DNA from: Fimbriosthenelais zetlandica
Lineage: Eukaryota
Assembly (NCBI GenBank): GCA_977030845.1
Contig: OZ365114.1
Location: forward strand, 22,196,001-22,260,000
Length of the DNA: 64,000 nt
Direction: 5' to 3'
Shown here piece by piece: positions 13,027 to 25,345 of this stretch. Numbering within the stretch: the stretch's first letter is position 1; the number at the start of each line of letters is the position of its first letter. Position numbers and translations under genes: made by a program. Under the pieces are notes generated by a model. That model was given only the letters and a program-made list of their open reading frames with translations. It did no database searches and was not told the origin of the DNA.

Positions 13027-16000
13027 TTAGGCAACGTATGTGTATATTTTCCTGAAAAACAGAAAGGAGAACATTGAGTATTAATGACAAATACAAAATG
13101 TTTAAAGATCAGAGTTGAGAATCATTTACGGGTACTTTCCAAAACTGATTATAAATACAAGTACTGACCTATCTTCGGGGGTACGTGCTAGATATTCTCG
13201 CTCGATCAATCCCTCTATCCGTTTCTTTATAATGACTGGACTAGGCAAGAAGCGGGCTTTTAGTTGTTCAGTGACCTGAAATAACAGAAAATCAGTGTTA
13301 AAATGGCAATAAAGCCGGGAGATGTCATATGGGATGGACTGAAAATCGTAAATTACAACTGCTCAGGTGCATTCAAAGTATTTTCTAAACTTGAATCACC
13401 ATATATGGAAGAGATTGGAGTAGGACTAGGACTCACCTCAGCAACCAATACGTTATGTTGCATACGTTTACGAGCTTTCATGATGCGCACAATAGCAGCT
13501 TCAATCTCGTGTTTACGGTCCTCATCCACTTTGCTACGTGTTTCTTTCCTCTCTGGCTCAGACTCGCCCTTAGCAGCAACTGTAAGACAACAGTACAAGA
13601 GATGGTTGGAAATAGCTCATGTTACAGAATTATTATTTTATTCATGCTACAGAATGTTACATACCAGTTTGAATCTTGACTCGGTAGAGCTTGGACGTGA
13701 ACTGATCATTTACCGTGAAAATGTGATCTTGCTCTGAAAGGACAAAGAAGATCAAATAAATATTTTTATACATTTCAATTATCAAGTTTGAAAGCCCATC
13801 AAAGTGACATCCTGTCTTGCAGTAAAAGAACTTAAGAGAACTCTCAAATTTATCATGATATTAAATTATGACATGATAGTTTTCATTCTAAGATTAAAGT
13901 TTTTTTAAAGATCTTAGAAAGGCTTAATCCCTAAGTAAGTCAACTAAACCCATCAAAATCAATACTAAAACTTAAAGACACTCTTAAAAAACGGAACTGA
14001 TTGATAATTGTGGCTAACATTAATGCGTCGCAAACCAAAGAATTTCGCTGCATTATACTTAGCATGCCACAAAAAGCCTCTTGCGATTTATCAATCTCAG
14101 TTGAGTTTTCACAGTCTTTTCTGTTTCCATTTTTCTCGTTTTGCTCTTCTAAACACAAGTACGGTATAGAATCACTGATGAACATTGATTAGACCATTGG
14201 AAAATAAAACTCTTATGTAATCTTCTATAGAGTTCTATAGCCTACAGAGTTCGATATTCCATGAATTTGTCTAAATCAATAATGAACTGGAAAGACTGAA
14301 ACTCAAGCTGACCTATTTCTTTAGTCTTGGGTTCCTTGCTTAGTATACGCTGTGTCATTTTTCCCAGAGCCAGCGACTGGATGGCCCTCATGAGATCTTT
14401 CTCTGGGATGTCCGTTTCATTCTTTATTTCCTGCAAGAAAATCATTTCAAGTTAATACACTTCGTATGATAAATTGCTATTTCATTTTTCAATTTTCTTA
14501 ATACATGAACTCTCCCGCCCTCAAAGGAAAATCAACATATCAAATTAACTTTCAAACAAAGTAAAACATTAATTTTTACCTCGTAAGTGAGTTTTTCTCG
14601 GTTGTTGAAGAGCATGAGGATGACCATCTGGTAGGTGGAGACTTGGATGATGTGTTTACGCTGACCCACACTGGTTGATGAACTACTGGCGGCCGCCTCC
14701 CCGCTGTCCTCCTTCTTACTACCATAAAAGGTGGCGTTTAGATCAGCTGAGCCCAGCTGAGGCTGGAGGGTTAATTGTCTACCACTGTGCTTCGCCAAAT
14801 AATACCTGCAGGACAAAAAGGGTTAATGAATTTATAAAACTATAAAATTACTGCCTAGGCTACAAGGTCTGATGTTGGATATCTATTTGATTTTATAAAA
14901 ATTCACTCAGTTAAAATCGTATGGGGGAAATATAGTACCTTCTGAACGCTTCGAAAGCATTCCTTGGAGCCATTGGTATGTTACATTTTGGTGTGGCAGA
15001 CTGGGTGGGCCAGAAGCCTGTAGTCAATACTCGGACAAAGAGGTCCACTCCATACAGGTTCGTCTGAAAGATATCAGAAATATGTTGCAAAACTACTATT
15101 TAATACTATAATAAATATAGAAAATATTACCCAACATAAGGGAAGAAAATACAGTAAATTTAAGAGAACTGTACAAAATATTCACCCCTGTAGTTGTGAC
15201 GTGTGATTTGAACTCCTCCATCGTGCTGTTAGAGACTGTCATGTCTTTAAACATCCCTTCTAACTTAGATGTGAACTGGCAACCACATTCAGTCTGAAAC
15301 GAAGCGAATAACATTCAAACACAAAATCAATATTTACCTCCCAACTAATTGAATGTAATATTCAGAACATATCCTAAACCAAAAACCATTTCCGTAATAT
15401 TTTAGACGTGGAAACTCATTTTGTATGTCTTTTTCTTTTGAATTTACAATTTCCGCTTACCTTAAGTTTAGAGATCATATTTTTCTCTGAATCATCTGAG
15501 ACGCTCTTATTGAGCAGGAGTCGCTTGGCCAGGTGTTGTTTGTAATATCGCTCAAAAACGTCCTTCTCCTGGAGGAAGCGGAAGAGAACCATGGATTTGT
15601 CCAATACGTTCTCTATCTCTTGTTCAGTCATCTGTAAAAAGAAAACCACAATATAATTCCATGTCAATGTTGGGTCCACAAAGGAACAAAGTTTCATTAA
15701 ACGGTCAATTTTGTTTGGAGTGGAGGACGCTAATGAAGCTTACCCCTTTGACTCCCTTCTTGAGCTTGTCATCAATAAAGAGGGAGAGGTATTCTGGAGA
15801 CTTGGGGTTCAGGTTGATGAAATACTCGAAGTCGCTGGAGATCATCTGTTTGAAGAGCTTCTCATCATTGAAGCTCTCATGGAGGAAGTGGTCAAACCGG
15901 TCCTTTAGGTCCAGCAGCGTCTGAAAGCAGTAACAATTCACAAGTTAATGATAGGAATCCCATGGATATTTTATCTATTTCCTATATTAAAAATTGAGAT

Positions 16001-18651
16001 TAATCTTTAAGGTCTTGACCCAAAGGCCGATACCGTACTCACCTGCACAAATGTGATGGCATTCTTTCCTGTCTCTCCATCCTCTTTGACTAAAGCCTTG
16101 CCTTGTTCTCTAAGGTAAGCACTTATACAGTCACTCATGGTCTTGGGTCCATTTGAAACGCGGAAGAACAGTTTAAACATACAAGCGAGATCTGTAAGTG
16201 AAAAGATTGATAAATCAGCCATAGACGATAGGTAAGGGAAATGGCGAAAACTATAAGAAGTTTAATATGTCAGTTAGAATGCAATCTATTTGGAAACCGT
16301 ACCTTCAGTTTTATTATTCTTGAGCATGTGAACAACTCCGGAATTTTCCATCTGAAAGAAAGTTTAACCAAGTTTTCAATCAACAATATTATAATAATGG
16401 CTTTTTGACCAATGCAATTCGGGAATGACATTTGTTTGAATACTATTTAACTAGTAAGAGTAGAATAACATTAAGAGGTTCCATCAAGTAGAGCTGCTCA
16501 CCTCAATAATAGTTTTCATGTGTTTACTGATGAGCTCCTCCTCCAGCACCTTCACAATGGGATCCTCGGTTGACTGGTCGAGGTAGTGAGTGGCCCTCTC
16601 TGCCTCCTCGTTGATTCTAGCTTCCACTTTCTTTATATACACAGAGGCACTGTTCTCTGCCAAAAACTTCTGGCTCTCCATCTACACAGAAATTTTAATC
16701 ACAAATCAGGATTTTCTCCTCAATAATAAAACATCTATTTGTTATAAGAATCAAAGATAGTACTTGAATTTTTAGACAGTATATAGTTTTATGCCAAAGC
16801 AACGTTCAATGTCAGTTGTCTTACCCTATAGAATTCAGCAGACTGCTCTAGGAATGGTTTTTCGAAGTCTTCCTCGTAGACCAGCCTGGAATCTATACCA
16901 AGGACCATGAGCATCTGACAGGCATTCTTTACTGCCCCACGATCCACCACCTCACCCCGCCTCTCTCGTGCGACCATCTCTAACAATGTCTGCATGAGGT
17001 GGTCGCGGATGGACCTGTGGCGAACTACTTGATCCCGGAAGATCATCAAACCCAGGTTGTAAACATTGTCAACGTTGTTTTGCTGAACGTATACCCGATC
17101 CTGGGAAAGATAAATACAAATTGATTCCATTTTCTAATTTTTGATAAGGGACATTCCAGCCAAAGAAGAATATAAATCCACCAAGATCTACTTCTTCTGT
17201 GTACAAATTATATGCTCTCATTTAATCTAGAACCCATTTTAGAATGTTAAACTTGTATTTATAAATTTCTAATGTCAAGATAATTGTATTTTATAAATCA
17301 AACTTACCATGTACATCAAGATGTCGCGAATCATGACCATGGACGTCTGGTGGTCGTTCCAAGCTTTGTTGAGAGTTTGTAGGAAATTGTTGTTTAAGGA
17401 ATCTAACACCTCTTGTCGGACTTTATGCACCAAATGTTCAGTCACTACCTCTCGTAAACCAGCATATAGTTTTTCACCATGTTTATGCAACACCATTGTG
17501 TAGGCATTGCGATAAAGTTCCTCAAAGCTGAGGCCACTGTTATTCTTTTTCTGGATTTCCTGGATGGCATTTTTAAGAAGTGTCCATATGCTATTGACAT
17601 ATTTTTCGTCCATAGACATCTGAAAGACAAAAGTAAGTGTTTCATTATGGTCATGGATATCCTAGATATATAGTGCTGGGGAGATGTTCAATAAAAGTTA
17701 GTGTCTCTAGCTAGGCCTACATGTATGTAGCCCTATCTAGGTTTAACATCAAAGCCAGTAAATATAAGATAAATGTTAATAATAGGTTAAATCCTTTATC
17801 AAATAATTCCTAATAATTATAGAACTTATCAGGAGCATTCAGAAAGATAACGCCTACACTTTGTGACTACTTTTAAATATCCCAGCCATACTTGTTAAAT
17901 TATACTTAGATCTATATTAATAAGCCTAATTTAGTAGGCTAAATAGAAATAACTGACATATGCCAGGTTGAGGCAGTGAGGCTGAATATAAACATACAAA
18001 TTAAAAGCTATTAGACTAATAATTATGGCCAATAATTATTATATTAAGCACCGAGGTTTTCCATTAATTACAAGGCTTAATATTAAATAGCCCAATTGGA
18101 TTTTCTGGCCATAGAAACCCCTGATGTCACAACCATACTCCATACAGGACCATGGACTAACGTTAGATCTCTATGATCATGATGTATGAAAATTTGCAAC
18201 ATCAAAAGCTGTGTTGGATCACATCTGTCAGTGGTGTCAATAATTAACCAAAACGCTAGGAAATTCAACACCCCGTCACTTTCCGATTCGGAACAATCGA
18301 CACGACATTTGCACAATAAGGTGCCGGTTAAGCGGACATAAAATGACGAAGTGCTATTTTTTATGGTATTTTTTTATAGTTGAAGCCAGTAGACAAGAGA
18401 CCTGAGTCAGACTCGAGTCACACTGTCAACTTGTCGTTTGTTGGATCAGATAATCAGTTAGCCACAGTTCTCTGAAAAGAACTATTCATGGAACCTATAA
18501 AACTAGCTTACTTGGAGACGATATTACATTTCTTTGAATACTGGTATATATTTTAATGATATCTTATATAATCACTTTGACATTTTAGTTATCTTACCGG
18601 AAAGGCCCGTATTCGCATCTTGTTGTCTTTCTTCCCCTTGCCCCCACTCAT
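13027..18651 (-). CDS. CUL3: Cullin-3 E3 ligase scaffold
   Basis: 16 exons: 18651-18598, 17619-17308, 17100-16825, 16681-16502, 16351-16303, 16191-16043, 15920-15744, 15631-15461, 15293-15186, 15063-14939, 14805-14580, 14430-14313, 13733-13665, 13579-13437, 13275-13169, 13051-13027 (762 aa). [53 protein letters not shown] (neddylation site), C-terminal RKIYTYVA. Confidence 0.98.
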
Positions 18652-19237
18652 ATTTATGCTTGACTCGAAGTCTTAATTTCTGCAGAAAACGACTTTCCTC
18701 CGCGAAGTGATGGGCATACGGTTAAGTCTGATGCTCTCCGATCGACTTAGACCGCATGAATGTGATAATTAGGAGACATTAAGCTACAATATTCCAGTTA
18801 TCTTTCACAACATCCACGAAAGAACAGTCAACTCCAAAGCCCAATGTTTACATCTGGTGGCACCTGAGGGGAGCCTCCGCGCTGAAAATAGTTCTAGAAC
18901 AGTTCGCGATTGTGATATTCAATATTCCATAAAGACACCGTCCCCAATAGACATAAGTAGGTTAAGTGTGTAATATTTAGAAAATATCGAATATTCATCA
19001 AAATTTACAGGATGGAATTAGTGGAGTCGATAAAGTCCGCAGCGTATTAATTGACAGATGGAGACGATGCAAAGCGGCCGCCGCCATCAATGTATCCCAT
19101 AATAGTAAGAGTGATGACGTAAGCAAAGAGATCATCAGGGATTCCCGCCAGGGAAAGGCGAGGTTGGGACAGGTCTATGTCTCATTTATCCACTCTTTTT
19201 AACCTTTTATTTCACCATAATGTATGTTTTGGCCGCT

Positions 19238-19353
19238 GCCCAAAGGGGGCAATCGATTATATTAGAGCAGTATGCCTAGGCCTACACTGTTGGGTAGGCA
19301 AACTGTCAGGTCATGCGGAGCCAGAGGTTGTGAGTTCAAGTCTCACCTGGGGC
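19238..19353 (+). pseudogene. Decayed tRNA-Ile(UAU) copy, tandem to the intact gene
   Basis: Degenerate 5' half (GCCCAAAGGGGGCAATCGATTA), anticodon arm lost, diverged intron (AGCAGTA...TGTCAGGTC), near-intact 3' half ATGCGGAG[CCAGAG]GTTGTGAGTTCAAGTCTCACCTGGGGC followed by a T-run. Confidence 0.8.
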
Positions 19354-19447
19354 CGTTCATTTTTTTCTCCACAAAGAAATAAACTTCTCACACTTCTCAA
19401 ATTGTCACACGCTGTTTAATATACTAAAAATTTGAGGATTATCATCT

Positions 19448-19567
19448 GCCCCAGTGGCGCAATCGGTTAGCGCGCCGTACTTATAAGCAGTACTCCCTCT
19501 ACACAGTAGAGATTGGCGCTTGTGTCAGGTCATGCGGAGGTTGTGAGTTCGAGCCTCACCTGGGGCA
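19448..19567 (+). tRNA. tRNA-Ile (anticodon TAT) with 46-nt intron
   Basis: GCCCCAG/CTGGGGC acceptor stem; A box TGGCGCAATCGG; anticodon arm CCGTA-CT-TAT-A (TAT 19482-19484); intron 19486-19531 at the canonical 37/38 site; B box GTTCGAGCC. Matches the eukaryotic tRNA-Ile-TAT consensus. Confidence 0.96.
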
Positions 19568-19571
19568 GTGC

Positions 19572-19576
19572 TTTTT
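19572..19576 (+). terminator. RNA polymerase III terminator
   Basis: TTTTT 4 nt after the tRNA 3' end. Confidence 0.8.
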
Positions 19577-19899
19577 CTCGAGTGACATGGATTTATGAAA
19601 TAAAACTTGGAATTATGAAATAAAACACCTTACAGACATGGCCAAAATTTGTTTTATTACTTCATATCGCTACAACATAATGTAGGCTAGCATGCATTAA
19701 TAGGCTATATTAACAGTTTTGATACGTCTAGGGGTCTAACATTTGAGGCCTACATTAAAATAGGGGTCTCTAAAACGAAAAATATACCGGTACCGGTAGC
19801 CCTACAATAGGCCCTATACATATCCTATGGGCCTATAGATAGCTATAATCTAGCTAGGCCTTTAAGTTTAAAGTTTATTATATAATAACTTGATCAGTT

Positions 19900-22800
19900 C
19901 TACCAGGAGATAGTGAATGCTCGTCGCCTGAGATCAGGAGGAGAGGATTTGAAGGTAAGTGGGAGGTTGTTAGCAGGTCGAGGTACAGGCATATAGAGCA
20001 TAGTAGGCACGCCATCATCCAATTTCCATGCAGCATTTCTTACCAACTCCACGACAAGAACCTACAAAGTTTGAATTCAATATGTTATCAACAGCTTTAA
20101 AAGTGATACCGAAACAGAAATGAGTTGAAAGTGCATTGGAAGAAAAGGACAATTCCAGGGAGATAGGGTTCCTAAATAGGCCAAAAAAACATTTTTCTTA
20201 CTTTGAGCACCATATCAGCATATCTTTGGCCAACACAGGATCGACTTCCCCAGCCAAATGGGAGGTAATGGAATGAGTCGGTGTCTTCTTCCTCTTGTCC
20301 TGGGACAGAAGGAGCAGGAGACGACTCAGCATCTTGACTCTGTGGATCCCTGGGGGTATGCTGACCCAGGGGTGACCTGAGCCATCGATCAGGATCGAAT
20401 CGGAGACCATCAGGACCATATTTCTCTGACGTGTGTTGTGTTTCTCTGATAGAGTATATAACAGTCCAGCCTTTTGGGACTTGGCAACCCTGAAAATAGT
20501 TTTTAAAAAATATCCTGAAAAATCTTTAGAAATTGATTCAGGACTCATGTGATACTTATAGACATAGGCCTACCTAAAACATGGCATTTTTTTAAATATT
20601 GCTACGAATTATTAGAAATTATTTGTAAATGTGAAATACGTTTTCCTACATCAATTTCAAATGTCTGAAGAGCCTTCCTATATCCAGCACCTACGGGGGG
20701 TGCCACTCGCAAGACTTCTTTGACCACAGCGTCCAGGTACCGTAACTGAGACAGAGTCTTCATGTCTAGATCATTTTCAGTCCTTTGATGGAAAAGTTTA
20801 GCTTCATGAAGCTCAACCGTCAGTTTGTCTACCACCTTGAAGATGAAATAAATCCAAGGTAATGCAAAATATAAACAATGACAAGTGGGACTAGCCATGC
20901 CAAGGGCATAGGCTATATAGAACAAGTAGCCTAAATTAACCTGGATTAAAACAAATTGTTGAAATAATAGGCATTTAAGGGCTAAGTGCATCTTACATGA
21001 GGATTCATCCCTAGTAACATAAGAATAGAGCATGCAGCGCTGGATGTTGGAAGGTGGCCAGCAAACAACATTTCCAGGGCTGAGTCTTGCATTTCTTTCT
21101 CCGAGATGGGAGGGCCTTGTTGATCATCTTCTGCAGCTTCCATGATGATCGCCAGCGCATCTTCTGATTGGTCGTCCTCGTAAACGTCCTGGCGGCGGCG
21201 AATGCAATCGCCAATGGCCTTCAAAACTCCCTGCCTGGCCTTCAGACCCTTGTGAATAAAATATTTTAATTTTGCAGTGGTTCGTATTAGAATAGTGAAT
21301 AGCTTGAAGTGTTTTCTCTTTTAATGGAACTAAACTTCTTTAACAATTCAGATATAACTCAGAAATAATTCAATTCAAAAGAACTTACTTTGTAGAGACC
21401 AATGCCAGGGATGGGTACAGCCATACTAAACAGTGTGGTGAGCATCTCTTCAAACTGCATGAGCATCCTAAATTTTTGCTTCTCTTTAATATCAAATCCC
21501 AGCAGTAACTTAGAAGCCACAGTAAACATTAGGCTTCGTGCCTCAGGATAACCATGAATACTTCCCTGTAAATGTAATACATAATAGGTTAATTAGGTCA
21601 ATATTTGGAGGTTAAGGTAAGTTTAAAGAAAATACTATGTTGTTATTCAGTTTACCTGCTGGCACCACTTCTGGACGTATTCTTGGATAATTGCCTGGGC
21701 AGTCGGTATATAATTCTTTACTGATTCCGGACTGAATGCTTTCAGGATTCTTTCTCGACGCCATTTGTGCTTCTCACCCTGCAACCATGCAAAAATTATG
21801 TGTTTTTTTATGTTAAGGCTGATTATTAGGCAGAGTAATATAATTTCTTGCACAGACACCCACTATTAATAGGCATGTTGCCTTATTTAAACGATACCTG
21901 GGAGTGAGCAAGAGCACCACTGCCTAGAATGAGCTTGGTGCTTGGTGGCCACTGCGTCTCTACTAGTGTTCCCTCCCCCTTTAAGATAGTGGCCACGTTA
22001 CGGGCTCCAGTAACACGGATGGTACGTTGGCCAAGGATGTGGGTTTTGTAGACTCGACCATATGATTCAGTACGTGCACGGAAGAAATCCGATCCCTGTA
22101 AAAGAGAAAAATGTGTTTTTACAATGTTTTTATTTTCTAAAAGACAATGTAGGCCTACCATTTTCCAATATATCGGTACCTTGACGATGAAATTAAGCGT
22201 TTCTCCTATTACAGGAAGTCCCATGCTTCCTGGTGGAAGGGGAGCACTGCATGTTGGATCTTTTGTTGAGGTGTACATCCTCCAGAGCATCAGTGATGTC
22301 ACTACAAGGATGAGTGGAACGACGACGGGCGTCATGTGGGCCAAGAGAAGACAGAAGGATTCGTGCATCAAGAGGAATGCCATCCTGAAAGAGATAAGAC
22401 TAAAATTAAGCAATGTTTATTTTGGAATTTTAATCTTTCTTTGTGTGTCTGGAATGTAGGCGGGTCATCCCCCCAAAAGTTCAATTGATAATCTTCTGAA
22501 GTGGGAAGACTGCTGCCGGATTAATTATACCTGTATGGTATTATAACACCCGATCTACATGTATTTAAATTCCAGCTCCAATTAAAGAAATATTCATGTT
22601 AAATAGGCCTAATTATATAAATGTATACATTCGTTAAATTCCTATAAGGACATCCAAATATCCGTTCCAGGTCAGGAGGTCAAAGGTCAAAAGGTTGTTG
22701 GCCAACAGCGCATATCGCACCAGTTGACCGAGAGAATTGGGATATGACCAAGGAGATCAATGTTATCCTAAACAAATCCTGATGTTCTAAATTGATGCAT

Positions 22801-22917
22801 CATGATTCCTGTGTATTTCATAATGCGATTATCTATAGATATGTAGTCCTACATGGGTCATACTTACCCGGCGGAGCCCACATTTTCAAGCTGTGTGGCA
22901 TTCCTGACAAAATCCAT
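19900..22917 (-). CDS. CYP26: Cytochrome P450, CYP26-like (retinoic acid hydroxylase family)
   Basis: Exons 22917-22868 (in-frame upstream ATG; alternative start 22383), 22384-22180, 22095-21898, 21778-21656, 21565-21389, 21248-20997, 20835-20650, 20489-20202, 20061-19900. N-terminal TM, DPTCSAPLPPGSMGLPVIGETL, YGRVYKTHILGQRTIRVTGARNVATIL, EVLR (ExxR), PDRW, heme motif FGWGSRSCVG. Confidence 0.9.
22669..22689 (+). promoter_or_regulatory. Composite nuclear-receptor element DR2+DR1 (candidate RARE) in a CYP26 intron
   Basis: AGGTCA-GG-AGGTCA-A-AGGTCA: three perfect half-sites at 22669, 22677 and 22684. Confidence 0.65.
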
Positions 22918-24094
22918 TTTTCTTTAAAAAAAAAATTAATGGTTGTCTGAGATTTCACGACTAATAGGCCAATAGGATCCAGAAGGCTTTGACCCCGACA
23001 CTCCTCCAATTTGCAGTTATGAAGTATTTAGTAGTGAGGCCTATCTTCAATTTTCCGATTAATTATGCATATTCTCAGGACTACAACTATGTGGACTGCT
23101 AGCTGGGGCCCAGATGGACGACTGGTCAGGAATAGGCTTAGATTTTGTTGGTTGTTGACTTGGTTCGGCTGCTCTAGCATATAGCTAGGGGTGGGTTGGG
23201 AATAGGAAAACATAGGTGGGGGAGACATACCCTCACATATCACTCACCCCAGATATTTCTCATTGATGACCTTGGGTAAATTCAGGACATGTAATTAGCT
23301 CCTATTCACTCCAAGTTTTTAGCATGGGCTAATTAATCTATTGATAATATTATTAACGGGAAAAATAGAAATAATTTCTAAGGTCTGCCATAAATGCATG
23401 GTGATTGTATACGGTAAACGGAACGGACACTACAATAGGCCTAACTTTGTTGTTTTGCAATGAAAGTGATATATAATCAAATCTATCTATATATGCCTCG
23501 ATATAGGCCCTATATAATTATTTAAATCTTTGCCCAGGCAACTATAAGCCAGGCCTATTTCAAATCTGTTTAGGATAGGTTCACGTTAAAAGGTCAGATC
23601 ACTATGCAGGGTCAGATTTAGAGCCGTTTAAAATTGGTCACCGTTCTATCTTTGGTTGTTTTGATCGTTCTCGAAATAACCTGGAATTCACCCCATCGCC
23701 GAGATTTATTCACCCTAGGTCACCCCACCTACCCACCCCTACTCTGACCCCGTGTGTGAGTGTGGGCAGAGACCTTATATTAGCCTCATATAGGGTCTCT
23801 GGTGTGGGCACACCATAGAAGTTTTAGCAACCCCCGGATGGGCGGGATTAGCCTATCTTATCATTCTAAGATAATTAATTAAATAGGCCCTACCGGTAAT
23901 TAGCATTGTAAAAGTTAGGATTAGATTAGGGTGAGTTAAGGGTTTAGGATTAGGCCTACCATATTTACTAAATACTTGAAAATTAACCCATGATCTCACT
24001 GACATTTACAACGCAAGAAATCCGCTCCGTCCGATGGCGACCTCGCCACATACGGCGAAAATGGGAACTAATACTCAATGCCAAGTTAATGGGT

Positions 24095-25058
24095 AACTTT
24101 CAGTCGACGTTTGTAGATCAAAGCAAGCTCCTAAATGAGCAAAAATTGAAATCAGTTGTACTAGATTTACGAGTTTATCGCGTCCAAGAGAACAAAGCTA
24201 AGTTGTCTTTAAGCCTGTAAACTGCGAGATGTTGGGAGCGATAATAGGGGCTTTGGTAGCCTGACATCCAAGCCTCACGGCTGCCCCCAGCTAGCCCGGA
24301 TGTTCTGTCTAGGGCTTTGGCTTCTATTTGGTGCTGCCACCTTGTGTGTCGCGAGTGAACCTACAGTTCTATGAGTGAACTGAGCTCCGCCGCGCCTTTA
24401 CTTCAGCGGGAAACCACCAGGTGACAGCTCTGTTTCGCCGCCGTCACTGCATCAGCAGCTGAGCCAAGCCGGTTCATGCGAGCGTCGATAGGAATTTTCA
24501 GACGGCGTCTGTAGATCTAGGAAAGCACCTCAATCAACAAAAATTGAAATAAGTCGGTATATTTACATGGAGAATCTATGGCATCCAAAAGAACAGAGCT
24601 ACGCTGCCTGTAATTTGTAAACCTGCATCCAAAAGAACAGAGCTACGCTGCCTGTAATTTGTAAACCTGTCCTACACGGCGAGAGACCGGAGCCAGTATT
24701 GTTGTGGGCGATAAAAGGGGGTTTTGCCGATGGGTCGGTCGGCTGCCACACGAGTGAGTCACGTGCTTGACAGTCTATGGTCCGAATGAGCATAATTATT
24801 AAAGTTGACCGTCCGGTGGCGCCCTCGCCACCCATACGGCAAACAGAGGAACTAAGATAAGAACTTTCTGCCCCATGCTACTACTCCACCACCGGCAAAA
24901 GCAGAAACTAACACTCAACGCTAAGTGAATGGGGCGTCGCTAGGAATTTTCAGACGGCGTTTGTAAATCGAAGAAAGATCCTAAATTGAAATTAATGGGT
25001 ACAGATTTACATGGAGAATATATCACATCCAAAACAACCGAGCTACGCTGTCTGTAAG
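24095..25058 (+). repeat. Three diverged copies of a ~130-150 bp repeat
   Basis: Core (GGAATT)TTCAGACGGCGT(C/T)TGTA...AAATTGAAAT...ATTTACATGGAGAAT...CATCCAAAA...AGCTACGCTG at ~24095, ~24482 and ~24934. Confidence 0.75.
24581..24668 (+). repeat. Perfect 44-bp tandem duplication
   Basis: GCATCCAAAAGAACAGAGCTACGCTGCCTGTAATTTGTAAACCT twice. Confidence 0.9.
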
Positions 25059-25062
25059 CCTG

Positions 25063-25345
25063 AGGCGCGTTCAAGATACCTAACGTTTCGTAGCGCTCTG
25101 AGTGTTTTGCTCTTGAATGTGTTGTTAGCTTGTAGCGCTACGTGACGGAGGCTAACGCAAATGGAAGGTAACTCGATTACTCGATTGAAGGTAGCTGCTA
25201 ACAAAAATGGCGGAACTAGCTAACGCACCGTTCAACATGCTAACGTTCTGTGACGCTTCATAACGTTTTCTAGACAAAATATTCGTCTCGGGTCCCGCTA
25301 CCAGAGTGGGGACAGCAGGCTAAACGTTTTCCATCTTGAACGCAT
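25063..25345. mobile_element. MITE-like element, same family as 33686-33889
   Basis: Starts AGGCGCGTTCAAGA and ends TCTTGAACGC; shares a ~60-nt internal block (GGCGGAACTAGCTAACGCACCGTTCAACATGCTAACG...) with the 33.7-kb copy. Confidence 0.7.

Noticed and set aside
13303-13737. 144-aa plus-strand ORF and other antisense ORFs over CUL3, CYP26, NDUFV1, ATP6V1H and the GRL gene
   Set aside because: Shadow ORFs on the opposite strand of real exons.
23915-23958. TTAGGG-like degenerate repeats (also ~2605 and 34725-34738)
   Set aside because: Only 2-4 imperfect units; not a telomeric array, probably repeat-derived.
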